Shown here: in pieces, positions 1 to 8,860 of the stretch | Layout: every line of letters starts with the position of its first letter | How positions within the stretch are numbered: the first letter of the stretch is position 1 | Source of the DNA: a virus | Taxonomy: Duplodnaviria; Caudoviricetes | IMG/VR virus record: IMGVR_UViG_3300028585_000033 | Location: 1-47,982 of that record | Direction: 5' to 3' (one strand) | Length of the DNA stretch: 47,982 bases | Position numbers and translations under genes: made by a program | The notes under the pieces: model-generated | What the model saw: only the letters and a program-made list of their open reading frames with translations | Told to the model about the DNA's origin: nothing | Database searches by the model: none

Positions 1-126
1 GAGGTTTTCACCCCTCACCCACCATCCGTTAGTGCGCTCGAAGTCTGGCAGGTCTATACCGCACAGGTGGTAGGCGTCCCGGAAAAGCGTGTAGCAATCC
101 ATCACGCCATGTTCGAACCGGCGGCC
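1..126 (+). repeat. Terminal direct repeat, left copy (assembly overlap)
   Basis: 1-126 identical to 47855-47980. Confidence 0.95.
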
Positions 127-438
127 CAACAAATGCGGTACCGGCCGGAGCTTTCGAAGCCTGCCGGCGCTCGCCAGCCACCACTCAATGCCGGTGGATA
201 TTTGCGCCAACCTGTCAGCAGCCGAAAGAACGAGCTTTGGTTCTGGATGGGAATGAAAAACGGCGGTGATTTCTCCCGCCGCTTCCGCTCTCATCCAGTC
301 TGTATCGCTTATGCGAAAGTTTCGCCCCGGGTCCGGGTGCTGGTTATCACAGCGCATGAACCGATCGCCATCAATAATCAGGCCACATACTTCATCACGG
401 GATAAAGCCGCATAGACCAGGCATTCATCTTCAATCAT
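1..438 (-). CDS. K: Tail tip assembly protein K, N-terminal part (JAB/MPN domain); continues across the circular junction
   Basis: Own translation from ATG 438: MIEDECLVYAALSRDEVCGLII...AVFHSHPEPKLVLSAADR (E...HSHP...D JAB motif); overlaps L stop. Confidence 0.88.
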   Translation of the reverse strand, partial: MIEDECLVYAALSRDEVCGLIIDGDRFMRCDNQHPDPGRNFRISDTDWMRAEAAGEITAVFHSHPEPKLVLSAADRLAQISTGIEWWLASAGRLRKLRPVPHLLGRRFEHGVMDCYTLFRDAYHLCGIDLPDFERTNGWWVRGENL

Positions 439-1142
439 CAGGACACCTTTGAAGAGCCGGGATAGCCACCATAGGGAAGCGGTTCAGGTTTAGGGAATCG
501 CATCCGGCAACCGGTGAGGTGCTTTGAGCACTTATCCCGTGACATGTCCGAGGTTGGGTTATCTTTCTCATCAGCAACTGGCCCGCCTGAATAGCCACAG
601 CCGTCGCCGCGGTAAACCCACTGGCAAACATCCGCCAGAATGGTACGCGCAGGTATGATGGCGTTATCGCAGTCAACCGGGGTCGCCAGGTTATAGGTCA
701 CGGTCTCGAATGTCTCTTCAACCATCTCCTCGATGACGTAACGAGATACAGCTTCCATCGTCGGGTCTGCATCTGCATTTCCATTCGGGAAGTTCACCGC
801 GTCGAGATGCTTTACCAGTACCTGACGGCGCGTCACCACCGCACCTAATGCATCATCGAAATCGTGGTTGATGCCAGTGATAAGGCCGGTGATGTTCGCC
901 ACCTTCATCGTCGGGCGCGAGTAAGTGCCCTCTGACTTGGTTTCGAACCCCTCAACTGCTATCGGATAGGCTGAGTACTGTCGGCCTTGCCAGATGACGT
1001 CACCGTAATAGCCGTTCGTCCCTGCATGGAAGCGGATAACATCGCCGCCGAATGACTGAAGGTCCACCTCGAACAGGTCAAGCATCGCACCAACGCCGGA
1101 GTCAGTGCTTTCGATAATTAGCTCTGCTGGTATGTCTCTCAT
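438..1142 (-). CDS. L: Minor tail protein L
   Basis: Lambda gpL-like: YPIAVEGFE, C-terminal Cys cluster CQWVYRGDGCGY...DKCSKHLTGC; synteny M-L-K-I-J. Confidence 0.93.
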   Translation of the reverse strand: MRDIPAELIIESTDSGVGAMLDLFEVDLQSFGGDVIRFHAGTNGYYGDVIWQGRQYSAYPIAVEGFETKSEGTYSRPTMKVANITGLITGINHDFDDALGAVVTRRQVLVKHLDAVNFPNGNADADPTMEAVSRYVIEEMVEETFETVTYNLATPVDCDNAIIPARTILADVCQWVYRGDGCGYSGGPVADEKDNPTSDMSRDKCSKHLTGCRMRFPKPEPLPYGGYPGSSKVS

Positions 1143-1492
1143 CGCGGTACCTGCTCAAACGTGGCGGTCAGTTCATGCTGATTACCGGTTTTCTTCAGTG
1201 ACCATGACCTGCACACATACAGTCTCTGCACGCCGGTATCCGATGGCGTCCAGTAGAACGCTTCGACAGCCATCCTTGCTTTCAGGAACGCATCGGCGGC
1301 TTTAGCCGCGTTAGGTCGTGAGCATTTGGCATCGTCGAAGCCAACGAAAGTCAGCTGGTACCGTCCCATTAACGGGTTGATACCCTTAACCTGCCGCTGC
1401 TCATAACCATCGCCCAGCTTAACTACGGCTACATCAGGCGTACGGTCGCCCGTGAAGCCCTTTTGAGGGCTCCATGTGAAAGTTTCTGGCAT
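1139..1492 (-). CDS. M: Minor (distal) tail protein M
   Basis: METFTW-like start, GDGYEQR motif, ends ATFEQV; follows tape measure. Confidence 0.92.
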   Translation of the reverse strand: MPETFTWSPQKGFTGDRTPDVAVVKLGDGYEQRQVKGINPLMGRYQLTFVGFDDAKCSRPNAAKAADAFLKARMAVEAFYWTPSDTGVQRLYVCRSWSLKKTGNQHELTATFEQVPR

Positions 1493-1503
1493 GGGTGCTC
1501 CGG

Positions 1504-1532
1504 ATAAAAGAAAACCCGCCGTAGCGGGTCTT
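1504..1532 (-). terminator. Intrinsic terminator closing the 71-aa moron
   Basis: Minus strand ACCCGC-TACG-GCGGGT followed by TTTCTTTT. Confidence 0.75.
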
Positions 1533-1552
1533 TATGTGGCTTTTAAGCGCAA

Positions 1553-1768
1553 TTAAAACTCAGATGTGAGGCTTTTCAGTTGTTGCTTTGCCTCATTCAA
1601 GGCTCTGACCTCAACTTCAGCCAACGAGGCGTTTTTATCAAGTGGCAGTCTCACGTGTACGACAATAGATTTATTGTGGTCGTCAGAGAGGAAGCTCACT
1701 TTTGCAAGTATTCCCGACCCGTTCATGTTGTCAAACGACGTAATGTCTTCTATCTGATAATCCATCAT
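1553..1768 (-). CDS. Hypothetical moron protein, 71 aa
   Basis: AT-rich ORF with RBS (AAGGGA), own extended -10 and terminator, between tape measure and M. Confidence 0.7.
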   Translation of the reverse strand: MMDYQIEDITSFDNMNGSGILAKVSFLSDDHNKSIVVHVRLPLDKNASLAEVEVRALNEAKQQLKSLTSEF

Positions 1769-1798
1769 TAATCCCTTTTTTAATTAATCACGTTGAAT

Positions 1799-1807
1799 AT
1801 TATACCA
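1799..1807 (-). promoter_or_regulatory. Extended -10 promoter (TGGTATAAT) of the 71-aa moron
   Basis: Perfect TGn-TATAAT about 30 nt upstream of the start. Confidence 0.65.
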
Positions 1808-1812
1808 AGCAT

Positions 1813-4800
1813 TTACCGCCCCTTGCTCAGCATACCTCGAGGCCGTTGCTGATCCTTTATCTGGTAAAGCGCAACCTGCTTCATCATCCCAGCCATTTTA
1901 TTCATGGTCGCATCATCAATGCCATTAGTGGTTGTGATGTGGAAATGAACTTCCTGTTGAATTGTGCTCCCACCTCCTCCCATCCCACCCAGATCGCTAT
2001 TGCTAATAACCTTGCCGTTATCGCCGGGAATCATGTACTGGCTGCCATTGCTGGCTTTGAAGATTTCAGGCTTACCGCCTTCCCCTACCCGGTACATGCT
2101 GCTGGCGTTGACGGGGCCGCCATGTTCGCGAGCGCCACCCATTGAGATGCTGCCAATACTTGTCAGGAGCGAGGCGCCAGCGCTGGCGATTGCGGCGTAG
2201 TTGGCAAATTTCTGCGCCGGTGTCAGTGCCGTGGGGTCTGCCATTGCCTGCGAGATAGCCAGTTGCAGGTTTAAAGCAGCCTGAGCCACTGCAAACCCTT
2301 TGCTTAACGCGAACATTGCCTGATACGCGCCGCTGCTCTTTCCAGCTGCACCTGCCGCCAGGTTAGCAAGACCATCAAAGCCTTGAGATACCGATCCCAC
2401 GATTGATGAAATTGCTTGCGACTGCATATTGGCTTCGTTCACTGCAATCTGCTGGCGTGCGTTAGCTGCTTGCTCCTGAATTGCTGTTTTAGCGTCTTCA
2501 TAAAGCTGAGCATTTTGAAGATCGAGAGCCTGATATTTTGCCAGCGCGTCGAGCTTTTGCTGCTCACGCAAATCAATTTCAGCCATTGGATCGGCAACTG
2601 CACCTGTTTGAGCATCTGGCATAACAGCAGCTGCTGCCACTTCCTGCTTGGCAAACTTACGGCCTTGCTCTGCCTGAGCAAGATCTCTTATTGCTTTCGC
2701 GCTATCAAAGGTTTTAGCGGCATACTCGCCAGCTAAGCGGATGTCGTTTTCTGTAGCGCTTTTACCCAATGATTGCTGAGCGTTCAGTATGGCTTTTTCT
2801 CGCGTAAGTTCTTGGGTTGATTGAGCAGCAAGTTCCGACTGCTCTTTGAGCTTTGCAAGCTTTTGCGCCACTGATTCTGATGCTGTTGCCGACCGCTTAG
2901 ATTGTGACTCAGCATCAGACGCTGCTTTCTTCCTGGCATCCTCAGACTTCTGGAGATCGTAGTTCTCACCAGCTAAACGCTTAGCTGCTTCAATCTGATT
3001 GGGGTTGTTCGTTACTTTAGCTTGCTCCATTCCAGCTTTCGTAACGGCGCGTAGGCGCTCATCCTGAATTTTTAGCAGCTCATTTCTCTGCTCAAGATCG
3101 AGGATTGCATCGTCGCCTTTAGCCGTAGCGGGTGAAACTTGCATTGATTTGGGGTTGTACCCCTGACCGGCCTGATTGGCCCGGTTTATCTCATCCGCAG
3201 TAGTTCCAAATGCCTTTGCAACTGCACCCTGAACACGCTCAAGTGTCGTTCCACGTTCTATTAATTTGTCATGAATGCCCATAGCCGCAAGCATGTTGTT
3301 GCTTAACGTAACCTGAGCGTCATCACGCAGTTTCATAGTGCTGGCGAGTTTGTTTTCTGTTGCTTCAAGGTCTCGCTGCTTTTGGTTTATCTGGTCAGTT
3401 AGCTGCGCTGCACGCTGAAGAAGCCCGTTACCTTGCTCGATGGTAGTGCCATATTTTCTACCGCTGGCCTCGGCATCATCTCGCTCTTTGGTAAGTGCCG
3501 ATATCTCACTTTTAAGGTCTGCGACAACGTCCTGCTGGCCTCTCAATGCGGTATTGGCATCTGCGATCGTTCCGCGCAATGACGTGTTGCTCATTGCTTT
3601 TAGCGAGTCAGTAAGGCGGTCTACGCCATCAGCGAATGAAACTGCCTCCCGTTTCGCTTGCTGAGCCTGCTGCATGAAATAGAAAACTGCTGCACCGGCA
3701 ATCATGGCTACGCCTGCAGGCCCGCCGACAAGACCCATTGCTCCACGAAGTAATCCCAAAGACGTTGACGCGGCTCTTGTCGCAATAACCGCAGCCTCTT
3801 GGGAGGCGATATAACGACCGTTAGCAGCAGTTGCTACCCCAGTTGCATCCGCTGCCGCCAATCTGGCCGTGCTCACGGATGCCTCTGCTGAAGCTATTGC
3901 AGATGCTCTAGCTTGCGCGGTGGCTGCTTCAGCAGCAGCTAGCCTTGTATTCAAAGCAGCCGATGCTTGTTGCAATTGCGCCATTCGTGTCGCTGTTGCA
4001 ATGCGCCCTTGATCTGTAATCTGCGATTTTAAGCGCTGAATCTCTAGAGCCTTTTCTGACTCTATCTGCGCGATTGTAGTACGAATAGAAGCGGCCTCAG
4101 CCTCAGCGAGACGGACCTCTGACGCAACTGATGCCTGAGTGGTTTTTAGTGTGCTTAGTCTTCCTTCTGCAAGCTTTAAAGTCTGAATCGCTGCTGCTTT
4201 CTCTATGTCTGCCAACCGTAATTTGGCGGCCGCTTCAATTTCTACATCCTTTGCTGCTACGGCTGATGCTTTAGACGCGGCTATGGTGGCAGCTGTATCT
4301 TTAATTTTCGCTGCGGTAGCCATTGCCAGTGCGCCAGCAAAGCGGCTACCCATAACAGCGGTTAGAGCAACCAGAACTGTGCTGATAGTGTCCAGATTTT
4401 GCGACAGAGAAATGATACCGGTATTGAAGGCCTTAATACCTGTAGAAACAGTTGAGCTTTCGCCGACAAACTTAACGATGTTGTTTGTTGCAATGGTCAT
4501 CGCCTGACCCATGGTCATAGCGGTGTTGGAGAATTCCTTCGCGATCTTATCGCTTTGCTGCAGCAACCCATTCACAACCACTTCAGTTGTCAGCTTGCCC
4601 TGTGCAGCCATCGCTCTGAGCTGTCCAATTGTGACGCCCAGCGAATCCGCAAGCGCAACTGCTAGGCGGCTTCCGTTTTCAGAAATTGAGTTGAATTCCT
4701 CACCACGCAGAACGCCCGACGCAAGAGCCTGAGAAAGCTGCGTCATGGTTGAACTGGCTTCTTCGGTGGTGGCGCCTGAGACCGCTAGCCCCTTGTTAAT

Positions 4801-5256
4801 GGTTTCAGTCAGGGTGATGAGATCTTGCGTGCTAGTGCCAGCGCTTCGAGTTGCACGCTCAAGGCGACCATATAGGGTAGCCGTGGCCTGCAGGCTGCTC
4901 ATGGTCCCCTGAGAAATATCAAACACACGCTGAGTAACATCGGCAAGCTGTTCAGTTGAGCGCACGGAGTTGGCTAATTTGTTATTGACCGTTACCCACT
5001 CATTCCCCCACTCTGCTACCTGGTTGACCGATAACGCTGCCAGCAGACCTTTTGCTACCCCGGTAAGACTCGATACAGCGCCTTCCATAGAAGAAATTGA
5101 CCGCTCGGTACGCGTAACGCTGGCTTCTAAGCGGTTCATGTTTCCGCTTAAGCCATTAAGCGCAGCATCAAGCTCACGACGCGCGGCGATCAGCTTTGCC
5201 GTATCCATATCCACTTCATAAACGATACTGCCTGCGTTAACTGAACCTGCCATCAT
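1813..5256 (-). CDS. Tail tape measure protein
   Basis: 1147 aa, Ala-rich helical; tape-measure N domain (QLSQALASGVLRGEEFNSI); C-terminal GGPV...YRVGEGGKPE. Confidence 0.95.
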   Translation of the reverse strand: MMAGSVNAGSIVYEVDMDTAKLIAARRELDAALNGLSGNMNRLEASVTRTERSISSMEGAVSSLTGVAKGLLAALSVNQVAEWGNEWVTVNNKLANSVRSTEQLADVTQRVFDISQGTMSSLQATATLYGRLERATRSAGTSTQDLITLTETINKGLAVSGATTEEASSTMTQLSQALASGVLRGEEFNSISENGSRLAVALADSLGVTIGQLRAMAAQGKLTTEVVVNGLLQQSDKIAKEFSNTAMTMGQAMTIATNNIVKFVGESSTVSTGIKAFNTGIISLSQNLDTISTVLVALTAVMGSRFAGALAMATAAKIKDTAATIAASKASAVAAKDVEIEAAAKLRLADIEKAAAIQTLKLAEGRLSTLKTTQASVASEVRLAEAEAASIRTTIAQIESEKALEIQRLKSQITDQGRIATATRMAQLQQASAALNTRLAAAEAATAQARASAIASAEASVSTARLAAADATGVATAANGRYIASQEAAVIATRAASTSLGLLRGAMGLVGGPAGVAMIAGAAVFYFMQQAQQAKREAVSFADGVDRLTDSLKAMSNTSLRGTIADANTALRGQQDVVADLKSEISALTKERDDAEASGRKYGTTIEQGNGLLQRAAQLTDQINQKQRDLEATENKLASTMKLRDDAQVTLSNNMLAAMGIHDKLIERGTTLERVQGAVAKAFGTTADEINRANQAGQGYNPKSMQVSPATAKGDDAILDLEQRNELLKIQDERLRAVTKAGMEQAKVTNNPNQIEAAKRLAGENYDLQKSEDARKKAASDAESQSKRSATASESVAQKLAKLKEQSELAAQSTQELTREKAILNAQQSLGKSATENDIRLAGEYAAKTFDSAKAIRDLAQAEQGRKFAKQEVAAAAVMPDAQTGAVADPMAEIDLREQQKLDALAKYQALDLQNAQLYEDAKTAIQEQAANARQQIAVNEANMQSQAISSIVGSVSQGFDGLANLAAGAAGKSSGAYQAMFALSKGFAVAQAALNLQLAISQAMADPTALTPAQKFANYAAIASAGASLLTSIGSISMGGAREHGGPVNASSMYRVGEGGKPEIFKASNGSQYMIPGDNGKVISNSDLGGMGGGGSTIQQEVHFHITTTNGIDDATMNKMAGMMKQVALYQIKDQQRPRGMLSKGR

Positions 5257-5267
5257 TATCTCCGGGC

Positions 5268-5295
5268 GAAAAAAAGCCCCGCTTTAGCGAGGCTG
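5268..5295 (-). terminator. Intrinsic terminator after membrane moron
   Basis: AGCCTCGC-TAAA-GCGGGGCT plus T-run on minus strand. Confidence 0.75.
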
Positions 5296-5303
5296 TAACT
5301 GAA

Positions 5304-5843
5304 TTAGTTCCTACATCTCAACTTCCATGCTTCTTCAAAATCTGCGCCGCCATCATCGATGTAACTTCCAGCAGGAGTTCCATCGGATACATATCGTTTA
5401 TTTCCGGCCATAGCTCCGAAGCTATTTTTTGCATTTACGTTTCCACAGGCGAAGAAGGTGCCGTTAGATGAATAAAAATAGTCTGAAGAAAAAACAGCTG
5501 AGCTAGGGTCTTTTAGATTCCCTTTAACTGCATACTGTGCTTTTGAAACGAATTCGCGCTGCTGCATATCCTCTTTATTTGCAGCTTCAATGATTTGCTC
5601 ACTGTTAAGCTTTTCTTCATAGCCATCACCCCACAAAGGTGACATAGAGTTAACCCAAAAAAGTGATATCACGCACAAAATAATCACTAAAATGGGGCTT
5701 ACTTCCGGAACCATTTTGTTGGAATAACTTATTAAAATCAGCGTAATACCTACGACCCATACCAAGCTAATTGGCTCTCTTACTAAAAAGAAAAAACTTC
5801 CAATGAAAACTACAGTTGCTAACAACCTTAAAGCAATTGTCAT
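5304..5843 (-). CDS. Moron membrane protein (2-3 N-terminal TM helices plus KDPSSA...CGxVNAKNSFG domain)
   Basis: Start reassigned to ATG 5843 (RBS AGGGA); AT-rich; hydrophobic N-terminus. Confidence 0.75.
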   Translation of the reverse strand: MTIALRLLATVVFIGSFFFLVREPISLVWVVGITLILISYSNKMVPEVSPILVIILCVISLFWVNSMSPLWGDGYEEKLNSEQIIEAANKEDMQQREFVSKAQYAVKGNLKDPSSAVFSSDYFYSSNGTFFACGNVNAKNSFGAMAGNKRYVSDGTPAGSYIDDGGADFEEAWKLRCRN

Positions 5844-5927
5844 ATCCCTATCCCCATAAGTAAGTATGGCGATAATCCTAAAGGGAAGCTGATGCAAAGG
5901 AAAGCGAGAACCCCATCTCATGGTGGG

Positions 5928-6602
5928 TTATCCGGCCCTAGCCCTTCTTCTTGCCTGCTTCGCTAAGAAGTCATCCTCTGTCGCCTCATATTCTTCCCGC
6001 GTGAATCCCTTCTGGTCAGGGTATTTGGCAGCCAGCAGCAACTGAAAATCAGTCATCGTTAGTTGCTCGGCTTCAGAGCGGCTCATGCCAAGATGCGTCC
6101 GCGCTGCGCTGATGTATTCGAATGCATTGAACTCGCTGGACGCCTGACCGCCTTCGTGACGCTGCAACTTGCGCACCTTCGCCTTGCCCATGACACCATG
6201 CGCCATGAGCGATCGCGCAATGATGACCATTTCATCCAGCGACATTCGTCCCTTCCGATAGACAAACGTCCACTTGCCAGATCGACCTGGAACAATCTCA
6301 CCGGTCAGCGCTGACACATCCTGCGCTGAGCAAGCCTGAAGCACCGTCATTGCGGTGACGATTGCTTTCTTATTGTATTGGGGCGAAGCGAGGTGTGATG
6401 TCAGCCAGGTGGGGATGGTACCGAACACCTTGAGCGCCTTACGCATAATGTCGCCCACCTCATCGTTATACAGTTCATACAGCGCCTGCACGATTTCATC
6501 TGGCTCGCCGATTCGCGTCATATTGATGAATGATGGACGGAAGAAGTATTCATTCTCGCCGTCGCTAATCACGCACTCGCCGATTTCCTTCAGTGGCGTC
6601 AT
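5928..6602 (-). CDS. Putative tail assembly chaperone (DUF6246-like)
   Basis: Between tail tube and tape measure genes; start reassigned to ATG 6602 (RBS GGAG). Confidence 0.7.
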   Translation of the reverse strand: MTPLKEIGECVISDGENEYFFRPSFINMTRIGEPDEIVQALYELYNDEVGDIMRKALKVFGTIPTWLTSHLASPQYNKKAIVTAMTVLQACSAQDVSALTGEIVPGRSGKWTFVYRKGRMSLDEMVIIARSLMAHGVMGKAKVRKLQRHEGGQASSEFNAFEYISAARTHLGMSRSEAEQLTMTDFQLLLAAKYPDQKGFTREEYEATEDDFLAKQARRRARAG

Positions 6603-6652
6603 TTTTTTCTCCATAAACATTATCAAGGGCTGAAGCCAGCCCTTTGGAATGG

Positions 6653-7396
6653 TTACGAGGCAGTAACCGTAACAGTTGTAGTGCCTGTGAAATTGCCGTC
6701 GTTCGACTTGAAGGTGATCGTAGCTGTGCCAGCGGCCACACCAGTAACTAGGCCAGTGCTGCTCACGGTTGCTTTCGTTGCATCTGAGGTTGTCCAGGTG
6801 CCGGACTTGTCAGTTGCATCTGCTGGTAACACGGTGCCGGTCAGCTGCCGAGTTGCACCAACTACGACTGAGGTAGTGGCCGGGGCGACTGTAACGCCGG
6901 TAACAGGTACTGTTTCATCAGTGTCGATAACCTGAATTGTGCTGGCGTCACCGACTTTGAACTCAGTAGTGAATGTCACAATGTCATTTGTGCCACCGTC
7001 AGAGCTAAGGGCGGTGATGACCATGTAACCCTGGAATGTCACTTCGCCATATTCCATGCGAACCCAGATGCCGGGCTGGCGGCGAGCCTTCAACTCAGCA
7101 GCGAAATATTTGATGAATCGGCCTACACCGTACTGGTCCAGCTTACCTTTCTTACGCACTTCACCTTCAAAGCTCATGGTGAAATCTGAGTTGGTAATGA
7201 TGCTTTCGACGTAACCGCCGCCGTCATCGGAATCCGAGGTGACAGTGTTCGGACTAAAATCAAACCCCTTACTTGTTCCAGCTGCTAGCGCCTTCCATTC
7301 TGATTCTTGAGGAAGCACATCAGGACACCCATCCGCAACCTCCAAAACTACCGCGCCACCAAATAAGCGCTCATTTGCATTGGTGCAATTAGCCAT
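6653..7396 (-). CDS. Major tail tube protein with C-terminal Ig-like (Big_2) domain
   Basis: C-terminal VPVTGVTVAP...WTTSDATKATVSSTGLVTGV Big_2 signature; synteny. Confidence 0.9.
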   Translation of the reverse strand: MANCTNANERLFGGAVVLEVADGCPDVLPQESEWKALAAGTSKGFDFSPNTVTSDSDDGGGYVESIITNSDFTMSFEGEVRKKGKLDQYGVGRFIKYFAAELKARRQPGIWVRMEYGEVTFQGYMVITALSSDGGTNDIVTFTTEFKVGDASTIQVIDTDETVPVTGVTVAPATTSVVVGATRQLTGTVLPADATDKSGTWTTSDATKATVSSTGLVTGVAAGTATITFKSNDGNFTGTTTVTVTAS

Positions 7397-7416
7397 CTTT
7401 AGCCTCTTTTATGCAT

Positions 7417-7443
7417 AAAAAAAGGCCGCCTGATGGCGACCTC
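7417..7443 (-). terminator. Intrinsic terminator after HNH moron
   Basis: GGTCGCC-ATCA-GGCGGCC plus T7. Confidence 0.72.
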
Positions 7444-7459
7444 GTTGAATTTTTTGAGC

Positions 7460-8008
7460 TTATCGCCCGTGATTTTCGTGGTATCCGTACTTTATCTCTG
7501 CCAGCTTACGAGCTGCCAGAGCCTCATCAAAGGTGAGATATTGCCCGAGATTTACTTTCCGCTTTCCATCGCTAATGAAGGCGTAATATTTTCCATTATC
7601 TTTGCGCTGGTGAATGCCAGTTTGCCCGCTAGAGTTATTCGCGTACCTCTTTGCGTTACGAGTATTTTGCTCGTTATCAACAATGCGCAAGTTTTCAATG
7701 CGGTTATCAGACCGGTTGCCATTGATATGATCAACAAAGCCATGAGGATACTCACCATAGTGAATAGCCCATATCAGCCTGTGGACAATTTGAACCTTAC
7801 CCTTCAAGCGAGTGGTAAGATATTGCCTGTTATTAATTGAGCCAACGGGATTCCCAGCATTATCTCTGTTGAAGTTAATAAATCCCTGCTTCGTTTTGAA
7901 ATGACCTTCCGGCCTTTTCTTCCAGGTAAGACAACCAGTATCGGCGGAGTATTCAAAGCACTCCTTTAGGAAGACAATACTCAGCTCTTTATCTTTATCG
8001 ATATGCAT
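7460..8008 (-). CDS. HNH homing endonuclease with AP2-like DNA-binding domain
   Basis: HRLIW...VDHINGNRSDNRIENLR; NSSGQTGI...LGQY..FDEALAAR. Confidence 0.9.
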   Translation of the reverse strand: MHIDKDKELSIVFLKECFEYSADTGCLTWKKRPEGHFKTKQGFINFNRDNAGNPVGSINNRQYLTTRLKGKVQIVHRLIWAIHYGEYPHGFVDHINGNRSDNRIENLRIVDNEQNTRNAKRYANNSSGQTGIHQRKDNGKYYAFISDGKRKVNLGQYLTFDEALAARKLAEIKYGYHENHGR

Positions 8009-8042
8009 AAAAACCTCACAGTAGGTTTCACAGATGATTGGT

Positions 8043-8095
8043 GCGCGGCAGGGAGGTCTGTGCTCCTCCTTTTCGACTGGCCGGTCTAGCCGCGC
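8043..8095 (-). ncRNA. c4-like antisense RNA (three-stem junction) upstream of the HNH gene
   Basis: GCGCGGC/GCCGCGC closing stem, GAC-CGGCCA-GTC hairpin, GAAA, GGAGG-AGCACAGA-CCTCC hairpin; loop complementary to two downstream CTGTG sites. Confidence 0.6.
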
Positions 8096-8101
8096 TTGGT
8101 T

Positions 8102-8110
8102 ATTTTACCA
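8102..8110 (-). promoter_or_regulatory. Extended -10 promoter (TGGTAAAAT) for the c4-like RNA/HNH unit
   Basis: TGn-TAAAAT immediately upstream of the RNA. Confidence 0.6.
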
Positions 8111-8494
8111 TTAGTTGCCAAAGGTGCATACGAATTGCAGCCTATAAACTAACCTGCCTTCGGTAGTGAGAACTGGCGAAGGGATGCCGCCGAGGTTCTG
8201 GAGATAACCGACACAGGCGTCAGCCATTGGGTTTTGCTGAACGTAATCAATGATGGCCTGCACCCGCTCATCTACCGCGCCGTTTCCGCCTTTGGCGCCG
8301 ATTACGTCGAGCAGTACGTAATATTCACCGCCAAGCTGATTACGTATCGCTGAGCCGCCATTGGGCCGGAAAACCATGAAGCGATCGGACAGACTGCCCG
8401 TGTCATTCCACATCAGGAGTTGCACCTGAAAGCCGTCGGTGAGTCCTGCATCGCTGAGGTAGTTCTTCACTCTGGTATGCATTGGAGGGTTCAA
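8111..8494 (-). CDS. Putative tail terminator protein
   Basis: Size and position directly upstream of tail tube gene (ignoring HNH insert). Confidence 0.7.
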   Translation of the reverse strand: MNPPMHTRVKNYLSDAGLTDGFQVQLLMWNDTGSLSDRFMVFRPNGGSAIRNQLGGEYYVLLDVIGAKGGNGAVDERVQAIIDYVQQNPMADACVGYLQNLGGIPSPVLTTEGRLVYRLQFVCTFGN

Positions 8495-8859
8495 AGTGCC
8501 ATCTCCTTAGCAATGACCGCTGTGATTGCGTCACGCTCATCTTCAAAGCCCTTGGTCAAAAACTCCTTCTGAGCTGTCGCCCGGCGGAATGTCTGCGGAA
8601 CGTTCGGGTCATGCACGTAAACCGCGTAGTTCGCCGAGTAGCCCACGCGCCCGGTCAGTCGCGTTCCTTTGATATCCAGCCCTCGATACTGGCTGTTGAT
8701 GAGCGTGGAGGTGTCGATAGGCGTGTACAGCGCCGCCTGTGATGAGCCGATGATTAATGCGCTCTGCAGTGCCCTGACAGCCTTCCTGCCCTGAATGTCG
8801 CCAATTAGTGCGTTGAGGTTCTGCTGGGCCTGCCGGATGCCGCGGACTTTTACTCCCAT
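8491..8859 (-). CDS. Neck/tail completion protein (HK97 gp10-like)
   Basis: MGVKVRGI..., TPIDTSTLINS, VGYSANYAVYVH motifs. Confidence 0.75.
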   Translation of the reverse strand: MGVKVRGIRQAQQNLNALIGDIQGRKAVRALQSALIIGSSQAALYTPIDTSTLINSQYRGLDIKGTRLTGRVGYSANYAVYVHDPNVPQTFRRATAQKEFLTKGFEDERDAITAVIAKEMAL

Positions 8860-8860
8860 A

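Noticed and set aside
67-405. 112-aa plus-strand ORF
   Set aside because: Antisense shadow of gene K, which is missed by the ORF track because it runs off the window edge.
7433-7840. 135-aa hydrophobic plus-strand ORF as a possible membrane antitoxin
   Set aside because: Entirely antisense to the HNH gene, starts inside its terminator, no RBS.
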